NCBI GenBank assembly: GCA_036500445.1 | Contig: DASYCA010000143.1 | Coordinates: 1 to 55,537 of the forward strand | Length of the DNA stretch: 55,537 nt | Reading direction: 5' to 3' | Source: Burkholderiaceae bacterium | GTDB taxonomy: Bacteria; Pseudomonadota; Gammaproteobacteria; Burkholderiales; Burkholderiaceae_C | Part shown: piece after piece, positions 37,535-47,963 of the stretch | How the letters are laid out: each line of letters begins with the position of its first letter | How positions within the stretch are numbered: the stretch's first letter is position 1 | Program-made: the position numbers and the translations under genes | The notes under the pieces: model-generated | Databases searched by the model: none | What the model saw: the letters and a program-made list of their open reading frames with translations, nothing else | Told to the model about the DNA's origin: nothing

Positions 37535-37691
37535 GGCAACGAAATTTTATGATCTGAAGTTTGCCGGCCCGCACGAAACAGCGGCTCGTTCCGGACGCTA
37601 TTCGGTGAGGAATGCGCGCCAGTGGACTTATTGTTTCTCGAACGAGCTCTCGAGGTGAGCCGCCCGTCCGCCGAAACGCGCCGCCAGTCCC

Positions 37692-38519
37692 TCAGGCACT
37701 GACGATCCAGCCCTCCAGCGGGTCGATCCCGGTCGGCAACCCGTGATTGGGCCGCCCCGCTGCCCAGCCTGCCTGGACCAGGCACAGCACCGCATCGAGC
37801 CGGTCGCCGGACGCGTCCCCGATCAACTCCTCACGCTGCGCGTGCGTGAGCTTCAGGCGCAGCGCGAGGCGCGTCTCGCCGCGGTCCAGCGCGTCGACCA
37901 GGTCGATGCGCGCGATCAGGCGCTCGGGTGTCTGCTTCGCCTTCTCGTCGCTCTTGTACGAGCGTGCACCGATCAACTCGCGCGCCAGCAGCCCCGGGTA
38001 GCCTTCGAGCGCGACGCGCGACACGTCGCCCGCGTGCAGCCCAGGCAGGTGGACCCCCGCTTGCATCAACAGCGGCACGCCCGCGTGCAGCATGTAGGCG
38101 ACCGGCGGGTTGACCCATTTCATCGACGGCGACGACCCCGCCGGCCGATCGGCGGCGCGGTGCGCGAACTTGGCACCGACCGGCCGCGCATCGCAGAAGG
38201 CCGCGAAGCGGGCGCGGATCTGCTCGCGCGACAGCGCCGCGTAGTGCAGCATCAGCGGCGCCCACTCGGTCGGCCAGCCGAGCGCCAGCACGAGCTCGCG
38301 CGGCAGCCCGAACGGCAGGTCGAACACCCCCAGCCACGGCCCCGGCCTTTGCAGCCAGGCCGCGAAACTCTCGAAGCTCTCGTGCGTCTCGATCCGCGCG
38401 AGCCGCACCGCGCCCTGGCGAAGCTGGCCGAGTGCGACGGTGATCGGCTTGCGCCGGGTCGGGCGGCTGGTGAAGTCGATGCCCGCCAGGAAAGGGGGTT
38501 CGGCATGGGAAGCGGTCAT
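37692..38519 (-). CDS. DUF429-like predicted nuclease (RNase H-like fold)
   Basis: GIDFTS, FDLPFGLP, LEGYPG, D.LDAVLC, EGWI. Confidence 0.75.
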   Translation of the reverse strand: MTASHAEPPFLAGIDFTSRPTRRKPITVALGQLRQGAVRLARIETHESFESFAAWLQRPGPWLGVFDLPFGLPRELVLALGWPTEWAPLMLHYAALSREQIRARFAAFCDARPVGAKFAHRAADRPAGSSPSMKWVNPPVAYMLHAGVPLLMQAGVHLPGLHAGDVSRVALEGYPGLLARELIGARSYKSDEKAKQTPERLIARIDLVDALDRGETRLALRLKLTHAQREELIGDASGDRLDAVLCLVQAGWAAGRPNHGLPTGIDPLEGWIVSA

Positions 38520-38589
38520 CGCAACGGCTAGAGTCGGCAGGCTCGCTACTCTAACGAGCCCACATCTCGTTCGTGAAAGGAACCGTCCG

Positions 38590-39624
38590 ATGAACCCGAT
38601 CTTCGTCAACGTGCTGCGCGGCGACGCGACCGAATCGACGCACCGCGGCTCGCTCGCGGTGCTGGACGCCGACGGCGCCATCGTCGCCTCGCTCGGCGAC
38701 ATCGAGCGGCCGATCTTCCCGCGCTCGGCCGTCAAGGCCTTGCAGGCGCTGCCGCTGATCGCCAGCGGCGCGGCCGACCGCCTCGGGCTCACCGAGACCG
38801 AGCTGGCGATCGCCTGCGCCTCGCACAACGGCGAAGCGCTGCACGCGCAGACGGCCGCTGCGATGCTCGCGAAGGCCGGGCTGGACGCCGGCGCGCTCGA
38901 ATGCGGCGCCCACTGGCCTTACCTGGACAGCGCGACGCGCGCGCTCGCCGCACAAGGCCTGGAGCCGACCGCGCTGAACAACAACTGTTCCGGCAAGCAC
39001 GCCGGCTTCCTGTGCCTGGCCTGCGCGCTGCACGGCGGCGGCTCCGACCTGCGCCGGTACGTGCACGGCTACGTGCGGCCCGAACACCCGGTGATGCGCG
39101 AAGTCACGGCCGCGCTGCAGGCCGCGACCGGCTTCGACCTCGCCACCGCACCGCGCGGCACCGACGGTTGCTCGATCCCGACCTACGCGGTGCCGCTGCG
39201 CCACCTCGCGCACGCGTTCGCGCGCTTCGGCACCGGCGTCGGGTTGAGCGAGGGCCACGCGCGCGCCGCGACGCGGCTGCGCGGCGCCGTCGCGGGCGCG
39301 CCGTTCATGGTCGCCGGCACCGGCCGCTTCGACACCCGCGTGATGGAGCGCCTGGGCGAGCGCGTGTTCTGCAAGGTTGGCGCCGAGGGCGTGTTCTGCG
39401 CCGCGCTGCCGCAATCGGGCCTGGGCGTCGCGATCAAGATCGACGACGGCAACAACGCCCGCGCGGCCGAGGTCGCGATGGCCGCGGTGATCGAATCCTT
39501 CGTCGCGCTCGACGACGACGAAGCGACACTGCTGCGCTCGCTCAGCGACGTGACGCTGAGCAACTGGAACGGCATCGAGGTCGGCCGGCTCGTCGCCGCG
39601 CCCCCGCTGCGTACCCTGCGCTGA
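38590..39624 (+). CDS. L-asparaginase II (rhizobial AnsA type)
   Basis: RSAVK, CASHNGE, NNCSGKH, DGCSIP, KVGAEG. Confidence 0.9.
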   Translation: MNPIFVNVLRGDATESTHRGSLAVLDADGAIVASLGDIERPIFPRSAVKALQALPLIASGAADRLGLTETELAIACASHNGEALHAQTAAAMLAKAGLDAGALECGAHWPYLDSATRALAAQGLEPTALNNNCSGKHAGFLCLACALHGGGSDLRRYVHGYVRPEHPVMREVTAALQAATGFDLATAPRGTDGCSIPTYAVPLRHLAHAFARFGTGVGLSEGHARAATRLRGAVAGAPFMVAGTGRFDTRVMERLGERVFCKVGAEGVFCAALPQSGLGVAIKIDDGNNARAAEVAMAAVIESFVALDDDEATLLRSLSDVTLSNWNGIEVGRLVAAPPLRTLR

Positions 39625-39630
39625 CCCCGA

Positions 39631-41319
39631 TCAGCTCAAGAGCAGCGCTTCCAGCGTCTGCAGCGTATCCGCCTCATGCAACGGCTTGTCGTCTCGAATC
39701 CGCAGCATGCGCGGAAAGCGCACCGCGATGCCGCTCTTGTGGCGCGGGCTGCGGTTGATGCCCTCGAAGCCGAGCTCGAACACCAGCGTCGGACGCACGC
39801 TGCGCACCGGGCCGAACTTCTCCAGCGTGGTGCCGCGGATCGCGCGGTCGATGCGCGCGAACTCGGCGTCGGTCAGCCCCGAATACGCCTTCGCGAACGC
39901 GACCAGCTGCAGCGCGTCGGGGGCCGGCGGCTCGCGCGCCGCGATCGCCTCGATCGCCGCCTGCGCCTCGGCCGCATCGAGCGGCGCGCGGCTCCAGACC
40001 GCGAAGGTGTAGTCGGTGTAGACGCTCGCACGCCGGCCGTGGCCGGCCTGCGCGTAGATCAAGACCGCATCGACGCTGAGCGGGTCGATCTTCCATTTCC
40101 ACCAGGTGCCGTCGGCCTTGGTCCTGCCGGTGCCGTAGCGCGCGTCGCGGTGCTTCAGCATGAAGCCTTCGACCCCACGTTCGCGCGAGGAGTCGCGCAG
40201 CAGCGCGAGCTCGTCCCAACTTGCCCGTGCTTCGACCGGCGACAAATGGATATCGGGCGCGAGCTGCGCGGCCGCTTCGAGCAGCACGCGTCGCGCGGCC
40301 TGCGGCTCGCCGCGTCGATCGACGCCCTGCCACTCCAGCAGGTCGTATGCGATGAAACCGACCGGCGCGTCGGCCAGCACCTTTTTCGTCAGCGTCTTGC
40401 GGCCGATGCGCTGCTGAAGCAAATTGAACGGCGCCGGCGCGGCGTCCTTCCAGACCACGATCTCGCCATCCAGCACGCAGCCGTCGGGCAGCGCGGCGGC
40501 GAACGCGACGATCTCCGGAAAACGCTCGGTCATCAACTCCTCGCCGCGCGACCAGATCCAGACCGTGCCGGCCCGCTTGACCAGCTGTGCGCGGATGCCG
40601 TCGTATTTCCACTCGACGAACCAGTTCGACGGCGGGCCGAGCCGCGCGTCGAATTCGCCCGCCGGCACATCGAGCGGGTGCGCCAGGAAGAACGGATAGG
40701 GCTGGCCCGAGGCCGGCGCGGCCTCGCTCGCCGGCGCGATCAACTGCGCGTAGCGCGCGGCGTCGGGCGCCTGCTTCGCGTCGGTGTAGCCCATCATGCG
40801 CTGCGCAACCAGCTTCGGATCGAGCGCCGCGATCTCGGCGAGCGCACGCTGCACCAGCAGCTTGCTGACGCCGACGCGAAAGCCGCCGCCGATCAGCTTG
40901 GTCAGCAGGAAACGGCCGTCGGTGTCGAGCTCATCCCAGTACTGCGCGATGCGGGCCGCCTGCTCGGCCGGCGCCGCGCCGCGCAGCGGCAGCAGGCGCT
41001 GCTCGACCCATTCGGCCAGGCCGAGCTCGCGCGGCGCACTCGGCGCCGGCAGCACGTGGGCGATCGTCTCGGCCAGGTCGCCGACCGCCTGATACGACTC
41101 CTCGAACAGCCACGGCGCGATGCCGGCGCGCTCGCACGCCAGCTCGCGCAGCACCGCGGTCGGCACGACCTGGCGCGGCTTTCCTCCTGCCAGGAAGTAG
41201 ACCGCCCAGGCGGCATCGGCTGACGGCGCGGCAGCGAAATAGCGCTTCAGCGCATCGACCTTCGCGCTCGTCGCGGTGCTCGCGTCGAGTTCGTTGAACA
41301 GGCGCGCGAAGGCTTTCAT
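39631..41319 (-). CDS. ATP-dependent DNA ligase
   Basis: EWKYDGIRAQ, LDGE, EGFMLK, WWKWK, AVRFPR. Confidence 0.95.
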   Translation of the reverse strand: MKAFARLFNELDASTATSAKVDALKRYFAAAPSADAAWAVYFLAGGKPRQVVPTAVLRELACERAGIAPWLFEESYQAVGDLAETIAHVLPAPSAPRELGLAEWVEQRLLPLRGAAPAEQAARIAQYWDELDTDGRFLLTKLIGGGFRVGVSKLLVQRALAEIAALDPKLVAQRMMGYTDAKQAPDAARYAQLIAPASEAAPASGQPYPFFLAHPLDVPAGEFDARLGPPSNWFVEWKYDGIRAQLVKRAGTVWIWSRGEELMTERFPEIVAFAAALPDGCVLDGEIVVWKDAAPAPFNLLQQRIGRKTLTKKVLADAPVGFIAYDLLEWQGVDRRGEPQAARRVLLEAAAQLAPDIHLSPVEARASWDELALLRDSSRERGVEGFMLKHRDARYGTGRTKADGTWWKWKIDPLSVDAVLIYAQAGHGRRASVYTDYTFAVWSRAPLDAAEAQAAIEAIAAREPPAPDALQLVAFAKAYSGLTDAEFARIDRAIRGTTLEKFGPVRSVRPTLVFELGFEGINRSPRHKSGIAVRFPRMLRIRDDKPLHEADTLQTLEALLLS

Positions 41320-42407
41320 CCCGTCGCCCCGGCAAGGCTGTCCGGGCTTGCGCCGGGTTCGCCATCCGTCGCTTCGGCCGCGCCTTCCTGCTCATCGCCG
41401 TACTCGGTCGCGAACGAGCCGGCTCGTAAACCTTGTTCGTCGAGCCAGCGCACCATCACGCTCTCGTAGCCGTGCGTGACGATCACGCGCACCGCGCCGC
41501 TCGCGCGGATCGCGCGCTGCAGCCCCGGCCAGTCGGCGTGGTCGCTGAGCACGAAGCCGCGGTCGACGCCACGCCGCCGGCGCGCGCCGCGCAGCTGCAT
41601 CCAGCCGCTCGCGAACGCGTCGCCGTGCTCGCCGAGGCGGCGCGTCCAGCTCGAGTTCCGGGCCGACGGCGGCGCGAGCACCAGCGCGCGCTTGAAAACT
41701 GCCTTGTCGGTGATCTCACCGAGGAGCCGGGTCGCCGGCAGCGCGACGCCAGCCGCGCGATAGGCCCGGTTCAAGGGCTCGACCGCGCCATGCACGAGGA
41801 TCGGCCCGATGCCGGCATCCACGCCCTTCAAGATGCGCTGCGCCTTGCCGAAGCTGTAGCCGAGCAGCAGGCTCGCGCGGCCGGCCTCGGCGTTCGCGGC
41901 CCACCAGCGGTCGATCTCGGCGAACAGGTCGCGCTGCGGCGCCCAGCGGTAGATCGGCAGCCCGAAGGTGCTCTCGGTGATGAAGCAGTCGCAGCGCACC
42001 GGCTCGAACGGCGCACAGGTGGCGTTGTCCTCGCGCGCATCGTCGACCGCGCCGGCCAGGAAATAGTCGCCCGAGGCGACCCACACGCGGCCGCGGTGCT
42101 CGATCCGCACTTGCGCCGAGCCGAGCACGTGCCCGGCCGGATGCAGCGAGACGCGCACCCCGAAGTGGTCGACGACCTCGCCGTAGTCCAGCGCCTGCAG
42201 CGTGATCTCGCCGAGCCGCGCGCGCAGCACCCCCGCGGCCGGCGCGGCGGCGAGGTAGTGCGCGTGGCCGCGGCGCGCGTGGTCGGCGTGCGCGTGCGTG
42301 ATCACCGCGCGCTCGACCGGCCGCCACGGGTCGATATAGAAGTCGCCCGGCGGGCAGTACAGGCCTTCGGGGCGCTGCACGATCAGGTCGTCGTCGGGCG
42401 CGGTCAT
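41316..42407 (-). CDS. Ligase-associated MBL-fold exonuclease
   Basis: IDPW, ITHAHADH, AGHVLGS, ESTFGLP, GKAQR, SDHADW. Confidence 0.93.
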   Translation of the reverse strand: MTAPDDDLIVQRPEGLYCPPGDFYIDPWRPVERAVITHAHADHARRGHAHYLAAAPAAGVLRARLGEITLQALDYGEVVDHFGVRVSLHPAGHVLGSAQVRIEHRGRVWVASGDYFLAGAVDDAREDNATCAPFEPVRCDCFITESTFGLPIYRWAPQRDLFAEIDRWWAANAEAGRASLLLGYSFGKAQRILKGVDAGIGPILVHGAVEPLNRAYRAAGVALPATRLLGEITDKAVFKRALVLAPPSARNSSWTRRLGEHGDAFASGWMQLRGARRRRGVDRGFVLSDHADWPGLQRAIRASGAVRVIVTHGYESVMVRWLDEQGLRAGSFATEYGDEQEGAAEATDGEPGASPDSLAGATG

Positions 42408-42435
42408 GATCGGCGGGAACGGTGCTGACGGCGGC

Positions 42436-42508
42436 CTCAGCCGGCGCCGGGCCGCCCCAAGGCGGCTGAGCGCCCCCTCGGGGGGCAGGAGCGAAGCGAC
42501 GTGGGGGC
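42436..42508. repeat. REP-like GC-rich extragenic palindromic element
   Basis: CTCAGCCG...CGGCTGAG stem enclosing GCGCCGGGCCGCCCCAAGG, then GCCCCCTCGGGGGGC; single copy in this window. Confidence 0.5.
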
Positions 42509-42513
42509 GGTCA

Positions 42514-43746
42514 TCAATAACGCTTGCCGGACACGAACAGCAGCGCGCGCATCAGCGCGTAGGCGATCCAGTTCAGCCCGCGCGACATCAGCGGCCAGCG
42601 CGTGTGCTCGTCGCGCGCGACGCGCCGGCCGTGCGCGATCGCGTCCAGCAGGTGCGTGCGCAGCTCGCCGGCGAACGCGTCGTCGCGGATGAACAGGTTC
42701 GCTTCGCGCGCCAGCAGCAGGCTCAAGGGGTCGAGGTTGGACGAGCCGACGGTCGCGAGCGCCCCGCCCTGCGCGTCCATCACCGCGACCTTCGCGTGCA
42801 GGAAACTCTCTTCGTATTCGATGATCGAGATGCCGGCCTTCAGCATCACGTGGTAGACGGCGCGGCTCGCGTGGTACTGCATGAAGTACTCGTACTTGCC
42901 CTGCAGCAGCAGCGTGATGCGCACGCCGCGCCGCGCCGCGCGCAGCAGCGCGCGCTGCAGCTGCACGCCGGGAATGAAATACGCGTTCGCGATGATGATC
43001 TCGCTCGCCGCCTGCCCGATCGCGAGCCGGTAGTTGCCTTCGATGCTGCGCCGAAAGCGCACGTTGTCGCGCAGCACGAAGGACGCGAGCATGCCGGCTC
43101 CGGGCGGCGGCGGCGGGACGCCGATGCCGGTGTTGATGCCTTCGTCGGCCATGTCGGTGCCGGCGTGCGCGACGTCGCGCATCGCCTGCACCGCACCGTG
43201 CACATGGCGCGCCAGCTGCAGCCGCGACCACAGCCGCGTCATCGTGTCGTGCACGTCCGCCACCAGCGGGCCGGCGACGCGCACCGAGAAATCGAAGCGC
43301 GGCTGCTCGAGCACGCCGTAGTTCGGATCGAAGAAGTCGTCGAGCAGGTTGATGCCGCCGCAAAAGGCGACGGCGCCGTCGACGACGCACAGCTTGCGGT
43401 GCAGCCGGCGCCAGCGTTTGGGCACCAGCAGGCGCCAGCCCTGGGCCGGGTTGAACACGCTCCACTGCACGCCGGCGGCGCGCCAGCGCGCCTGCCACTC
43501 GGCCGGGACGTCGCCGGTGCCGACGCCGTCGACGACGACGCGGACCGCGACGCCGCGCCGCGCCGCCGCCTCGAGCGCGGCGGCAACCGTCGCGGCCGAG
43601 CGCGTGAAGTCGAAGATGTAGGTCTCCAGCAGCACCTCGCGGCTCGCCGCGGCGATCGCCTCGGCGAGCGCGGGGAAGAAGGCCTCGCCGCCCTTCAGCA
43701 GCGTCAACGCGTGCCCCGGACGAAGCGCGCGCGACGTCGGCGTCAT
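42514..43746 (-). CDS. clsB: Cardiolipin synthase B (PLD family)
   Basis: Two HKD motifs (LHRKLCVVD, LHAKVAVMD); no N-terminal TMs; paired with an EEP gene. Confidence 0.88.
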   Translation of the reverse strand: MTPTSRALRPGHALTLLKGGEAFFPALAEAIAAASREVLLETYIFDFTRSAATVAAALEAAARRGVAVRVVVDGVGTGDVPAEWQARWRAAGVQWSVFNPAQGWRLLVPKRWRRLHRKLCVVDGAVAFCGGINLLDDFFDPNYGVLEQPRFDFSVRVAGPLVADVHDTMTRLWSRLQLARHVHGAVQAMRDVAHAGTDMADEGINTGIGVPPPPPGAGMLASFVLRDNVRFRRSIEGNYRLAIGQAASEIIIANAYFIPGVQLQRALLRAARRGVRITLLLQGKYEYFMQYHASRAVYHVMLKAGISIIEYEESFLHAKVAVMDAQGGALATVGSSNLDPLSLLLAREANLFIRDDAFAGELRTHLLDAIAHGRRVARDEHTRWPLMSRGLNWIAYALMRALLFVSGKRY

Positions 43747-44534
43747 TCGAGCGTGAGCTCGGCGACGAGCGGCAGGTGGTCCGACATGCGGGCCCAGGCC
43801 GCGCCGCGCGGCACGTGGGTGGACAGGCACTCCAGCCCGCGCAGGTAGATGCGGTCCATCGAGAAGACCGGCATGCGCGAGGGGAAGGTGTTGCTGTGCG
43901 CGGCCGGATCGTCGGGCCGCCCGGCGCGGTGCAGGCCGAGCACGCGCATCGGCGCGTCGAGCTTGGCGCCCCAGTCGTTGAAGTCGCCGGCCACGATCAG
44001 CGGCTCGTGCGCGGGCACCTCGGCCGCGACGAAGGCTTTCAGGCGCTCGACCTGGCGCACTCGGCTCGCGTGCATCAGCCCGAAGTGCGCGACGATCGCA
44101 TGCACCAGCGTGCCGTTCCAGGTGACCGGCACGTGCAGCAGGCCGCGCTGCTCGAAGCGGTGGTCCGAGACATCGTGGTGGCCGATGTCGCCGAGCGGCC
44201 AGCGTGACAGCAGCGCGTTGCCGTGCTCGCCATGCGTCGTCGTCGCATTCGTGCGGTACGCGACCTCGTAACCCTCCGGGGCGAGGTAGTCGGCCTGCGG
44301 GATGCGCGGCCAGCCGTGGATCGTGTCCGGGAACTTGCGGGCCTCGGCGCGGTTCATCGCGCGCACCTCCTGCAGGAACACGAGGTCGGTGTCCAGCGCC
44401 TCGATGCCGAGCGCGAGGTTGTGGATCTCCAGCCGCTTGCGCGGGCCGACGCCGCGCACGCCCTTGTGGATGTTGTAGGTCGCGACGCGCAGCACGTGGC
44501 CCGGGAACAGCGTCGAGTGGGGCGTGCTGCGCAT
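43743..44534 (-). CDS. Endonuclease/exonuclease/phosphatase (YbhP-like)
   Basis: TYNIHKG, LQEV, GNALLS, AGDFN, SDHLP. Confidence 0.9.
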   Translation of the reverse strand: MRSTPHSTLFPGHVLRVATYNIHKGVRGVGPRKRLEIHNLALGIEALDTDLVFLQEVRAMNRAEARKFPDTIHGWPRIPQADYLAPEGYEVAYRTNATTTHGEHGNALLSRWPLGDIGHHDVSDHRFEQRGLLHVPVTWNGTLVHAIVAHFGLMHASRVRQVERLKAFVAAEVPAHEPLIVAGDFNDWGAKLDAPMRVLGLHRAGRPDDPAAHSNTFPSRMPVFSMDRIYLRGLECLSTHVPRGAAWARMSDHLPLVAELTLE

Positions 44535-44548
44535 CGGCAAGGCCTGCG

Positions 44549-45013
44549 TCAAAGAAAGCGCGGCAACTGCAGCACCGCCTCGGCGTTCGACGGCGAGAAA
44601 CAGCGGTCCGCCGCGGCCTGCCAGTCCAGCCACTGGTGGTGCAGGTGCTCGCGCGGCGAGAGCGTGATCGGGGTATCGCGCGGCACGCGCAGCCCGAACA
44701 CGTGCTCGGTGTTGCGTGTGACGCCCGGCGCGTAGCGGTGGCGCCAGACCGGGTAGATCTCGTAGACGTTGCTCAGGCCCCAGTCGCGCAGGTTCTCCAG
44801 CGGCACGGCCGGCGAGCCGACGACGATGCCGGTCTCCTCCCGCACCTCGCGCACGACGGTCTGCACCAGCGGCTCGTCCGCAGCGTCCTTCGAGCCGGTC
44901 ACGCTCTGCCAAAAGCTCGGGTGGTCGGCGCGCTCGATCAGCAGCACCTCGCGCCCGGCCGTGTGGATCACGACGAGCACGGATTCGGGGATCTTGAAGG
45001 GCTTATTGCTCAC
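44549..45013 (-). CDS. nudB: Dihydroneopterin triphosphate pyrophosphatase (Nudix)
   Basis: KIPESVLV, WQSVTGS, REVREETG, NTEHVF. Confidence 0.92.
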   Translation of the reverse strand: MSNKPFKIPESVLVVIHTAGREVLLIERADHPSFWQSVTGSKDAADEPLVQTVVREVREETGIVVGSPAVPLENLRDWGLSNVYEIYPVWRHRYAPGVTRNTEHVFGLRVPRDTPITLSPREHLHHQWLDWQAAADRCFSPSNAEAVLQLPRFL

Positions 45014-45086
45014 CGCAGGCTGAGGCTCGATGCAAATGAAAACGGGCGCGACGACCGCGCCCGCTTCATTCTGCATCAGGCGCGAA

Positions 45087-46880
45087 TCAGCCTGCCGCGG
45101 TCTGGGTGTTGCGCAGCCGGATGTGCAGCTCGCGCAGCTGCTTTTCGTCGACCTCGCTGGGCGCGTTCGTCAGCAGGTCCTGGGCGCGCTGGGTCTTCGG
45201 GAACGCGATCACATCGCGCAGCGACTCGGCGCCAGTCATCAGCATCACGAAGCGATCCAGGCCGATCGCGATGCCGCCGTGCGGCGGCGCGCCGTACTGC
45301 AGCGCGTCGAGCAGGAAGCCGAACTTGAGTTGGGCCTCCTCGGCGTCGATCTTCAGCGCGCGGAACACCTTGCTCTGCACCTCCTCGCGGTGGATACGGA
45401 CCGAGCCACCGCCGAGCTCGATGCCGTTCAGCACCACGTCGTAGGCCTTCGAGACGGCCGCGCCCGGGTCGGTCTCGAGCAGGTCCTCGTGGCCGTCCTT
45501 CGGCGACGTGAACGGGTGGTGCACTGCGCTCCAGCGCTGCGCGCCGTCGTCATACTCGAACATCGGGAAGTCGACCACCCACAGCGGCTCCCACACGCCC
45601 TGCACGAGGTTGTGGGCCTTGCCGAACTCGCTGTGGCCGACCTTCACGCGCAGCGCGCCGATCGCGTCGTTGACGACCTTGGCCTTGTCGGCGCCGAAGA
45701 ACAGCAGGTCGCCGTCGGCCGCCTGCGTGCGCTTCAGGATCTCGGCCAGCGCGGCGTCGTGCAGGTTCTTCACGACCGGCGATTGCAGCCCTTCGCGACC
45801 CTTCGCGAGGTCGTTGACCTTGATCCAGGCCAGGCCCTTGGCGCCGTAGATCTTGACGAACTCGGTGTAGGCGTCGATCTCGCTGCGGCTGATCTCCGAG
45901 CCGCCCGGCACGCGCAGCGCGACGACCCGGCCGCCGACCATCTGCGCCGGGGCCGAGAAGACCTTGAAGTCGACGTCCTTCATCACGTCGGTCAGCTCGG
46001 TGAACTCGAGCTTCACGCGCAGGTCGGGCTTGTCGGAGCCGTAGCGGTGCATCGCGTCCGCGTACTTCATCACCGGGAAGGCCGGCAGCTCGGTGCCGAT
46101 CGCATGCTTGAAGGTGCTGCGGATCATGCCCTCGAACATCGTGCGGATCTCTTCCTCGGTGAGGAACGAGGTCTCGATGTCGATCTGCGTGAACTCGGGC
46201 TGGCGGTCGGCGCGCAGGTCCTCGTCGCGGAAGCACTTGGTGATCTGGTAGTAGCGGTCGAAGCCCGCGACCATCAGCAGCTGCTTGAAGAGCTGGGGCG
46301 ACTGCGGCAGCGCGAAGAACATGCCGTCGTGCACGCGGCTGGGCACGAGGTAGTCGCGTGCGCCCTCGGGCGTGCTCTTGGTCAGCATCGGCGTCTCGAT
46401 GTCGATGAAGCCGTTCGCGTCGAGGAACTTGCGCACCTCCATCGCGACGCGGTAGCGCAGCATCATGTTGCGCTGCATCGCGGGGCGGCGCAGGTCGAGC
46501 ACGCGGTGGGTCAGGCGCGTCGTCTCCGACAGGTTGTCGTCGTCGAGCTGGAACGGCGGCGTGATGCTCGGGTTCAGCACCTCGATCTCCAGGCACAGCA
46601 CCTCGATCTTGCCGCTCGTGATGTTCGCGTTGACCGTGCCGGCCGGGCGCGCGCGCACCTTGCCGGTGATCTTCAGGCAGAACTCGTTGCGCACGTCCTC
46701 GGCGGCCTTGAACATCTCGGCGCGGTCCGGGTCGCAGACGACCTGGACGATGCCCTCGCGGTCGCGCAGGTCGATGAAGATCACGCCGCCATGGTCGCGG
46801 CGGCGATGGGCCCAGCCCATCAACGTGACGGTCTGGTCCATCAAGGCCTCGGAGACGAGGCCGCAGTAGGTTGTTCTCAT
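45087..46880 (-). CDS. aspS: Aspartyl-tRNA synthetase
   Basis: [44 protein letters not shown]. Confidence 0.97.
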   Translation of the reverse strand: MRTTYCGLVSEALMDQTVTLMGWAHRRRDHGGVIFIDLRDREGIVQVVCDPDRAEMFKAAEDVRNEFCLKITGKVRARPAGTVNANITSGKIEVLCLEIEVLNPSITPPFQLDDDNLSETTRLTHRVLDLRRPAMQRNMMLRYRVAMEVRKFLDANGFIDIETPMLTKSTPEGARDYLVPSRVHDGMFFALPQSPQLFKQLLMVAGFDRYYQITKCFRDEDLRADRQPEFTQIDIETSFLTEEEIRTMFEGMIRSTFKHAIGTELPAFPVMKYADAMHRYGSDKPDLRVKLEFTELTDVMKDVDFKVFSAPAQMVGGRVVALRVPGGSEISRSEIDAYTEFVKIYGAKGLAWIKVNDLAKGREGLQSPVVKNLHDAALAEILKRTQAADGDLLFFGADKAKVVNDAIGALRVKVGHSEFGKAHNLVQGVWEPLWVVDFPMFEYDDGAQRWSAVHHPFTSPKDGHEDLLETDPGAAVSKAYDVVLNGIELGGGSVRIHREEVQSKVFRALKIDAEEAQLKFGFLLDALQYGAPPHGGIAIGLDRFVMLMTGAESLRDVIAFPKTQRAQDLLTNAPSEVDEKQLRELHIRLRNTQTAAG

Positions 46881-47557
46881 GAAATCACTCCGGGGCGGCT
46901 GCCGACTTCGGGCGCCGCCGCATGCACAGGGGGGGCCACGACGCCCATCGAAATCACGTACTTCAGCGCCTCGTCGACGCTCATCTGCAGCACGATCACG
47001 TCGGCGCGCGGCACCATCAGAAAGAAGCCCGAGGTCGGGTTCGGCGTCGTCGGCACGTACAGGCTCAGGTAGTCGCCCGCGAGGTGCAGCGCCGCCTCGC
47101 CGCCGGGCTTGCCGGTGACGAACGCGATCGTCCAGCTGCCGGCGCGCGGGTACTGCACCAGCACCGCCTCGCGAAACGCGTTGCCGCTGCTGGAGAACAG
47201 CGTGTCGGAGACCTGCTTGACCGAGCTGTAGATCGACTTGACGATCGGGATCTGGCTCAGCAGGCGGCTGCCCTGGCGCAGCCACCACTGGCCGACGATG
47301 TTGGTCGCGAAGATGCCGGTGACGAGCAGGGTCAGCACCATCACGATCACGCCCAGGCCCGGGATCTGCAGCAGCATGTCGATCAGCGGCGCGGCCGCCG
47401 AGGGCAGCACCGCGCGGCCGGCGTTCAGGAACCAGCCGAACACGCCGTCCAGCAGGCCGAGCGCGGCCTGCAGGACCCAGATCGTGATGGCCAGCGGGAG
47501 CCAGACGAGCAGCCCGGCGATCAGGTATTTCTTCAAGGCAGGCCGTTCACTTCGCAC
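46877..47557 (-). CDS. DUF502 membrane protein
   Basis: [25 protein letters not shown]; start uncertain. Confidence 0.88.
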   Translation of the reverse strand: MRSERPALKKYLIAGLLVWLPLAITIWVLQAALGLLDGVFGWFLNAGRAVLPSAAAPLIDMLLQIPGLGVIVMVLTLLVTGIFATNIVGQWWLRQGSRLLSQIPIVKSIYSSVKQVSDTLFSSSGNAFREAVLVQYPRAGSWTIAFVTGKPGGEAALHLAGDYLSLYVPTTPNPTSGFFLMVPRADVIVLQMSVDEALKYVISMGVVAPPVHAAAPEVGSRPGVIS

Positions 47558-47909
47558 CGGCCGCGGGCGGTGCCGCCGGCGCCGAGGGCGCGGGCGCGGG
47601 GGCCGGCGCGGCGTCGCTCTTCGAGGCGGCGGGCGCCGGGGCCGCAGTCGACGCGTCGGGCTTGGCGGCGTCGGTCTTCGCGCCGTCCGCGCCCTCGCCG
47701 GCAGCCGGCTTGCCCTTGGCCGAATCGCCGCCGCGGAAGTCCGTCACGTACCAGCCCGAGCCCTTGAGCTGAAAGCCCGCCGCGGTGACCTGCTTCGCGA
47801 ACGTCGCCGCGCCGCAGGACGGGCACACCGTCAGCAGCGGGTCGGACATCTTCTGCAGCACATCTTTCGCGTGGCCGCAGGTCGTGCAGCGGTAGGCGTA
47901 GATTGGCAT
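47547..47909 (-). CDS. FmdB-family zinc-ribbon protein
   Basis: MPIYAYRC..CG, CPSCG, FQLKGSGWYVTD. Confidence 0.92.
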   Translation of the reverse strand: MPIYAYRCTTCGHAKDVLQKMSDPLLTVCPSCGAATFAKQVTAAGFQLKGSGWYVTDFRGGDSAKGKPAAGEGADGAKTDAAKPDASTAAPAPAASKSDAAPAPAPAPSAPAAPPAAGAK

Positions 47910-47963
47910 CTGTACCCCTAAGGTCTTGATTCGAAAAGGAAAACCGCGAATTATACGGCGCGG

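Noticed and set aside
37605-37625. Sigma-54 promoter for the fimT cluster (minus-strand TGGCGC)
   Set aside because: No correctly spaced -12 TTGC element
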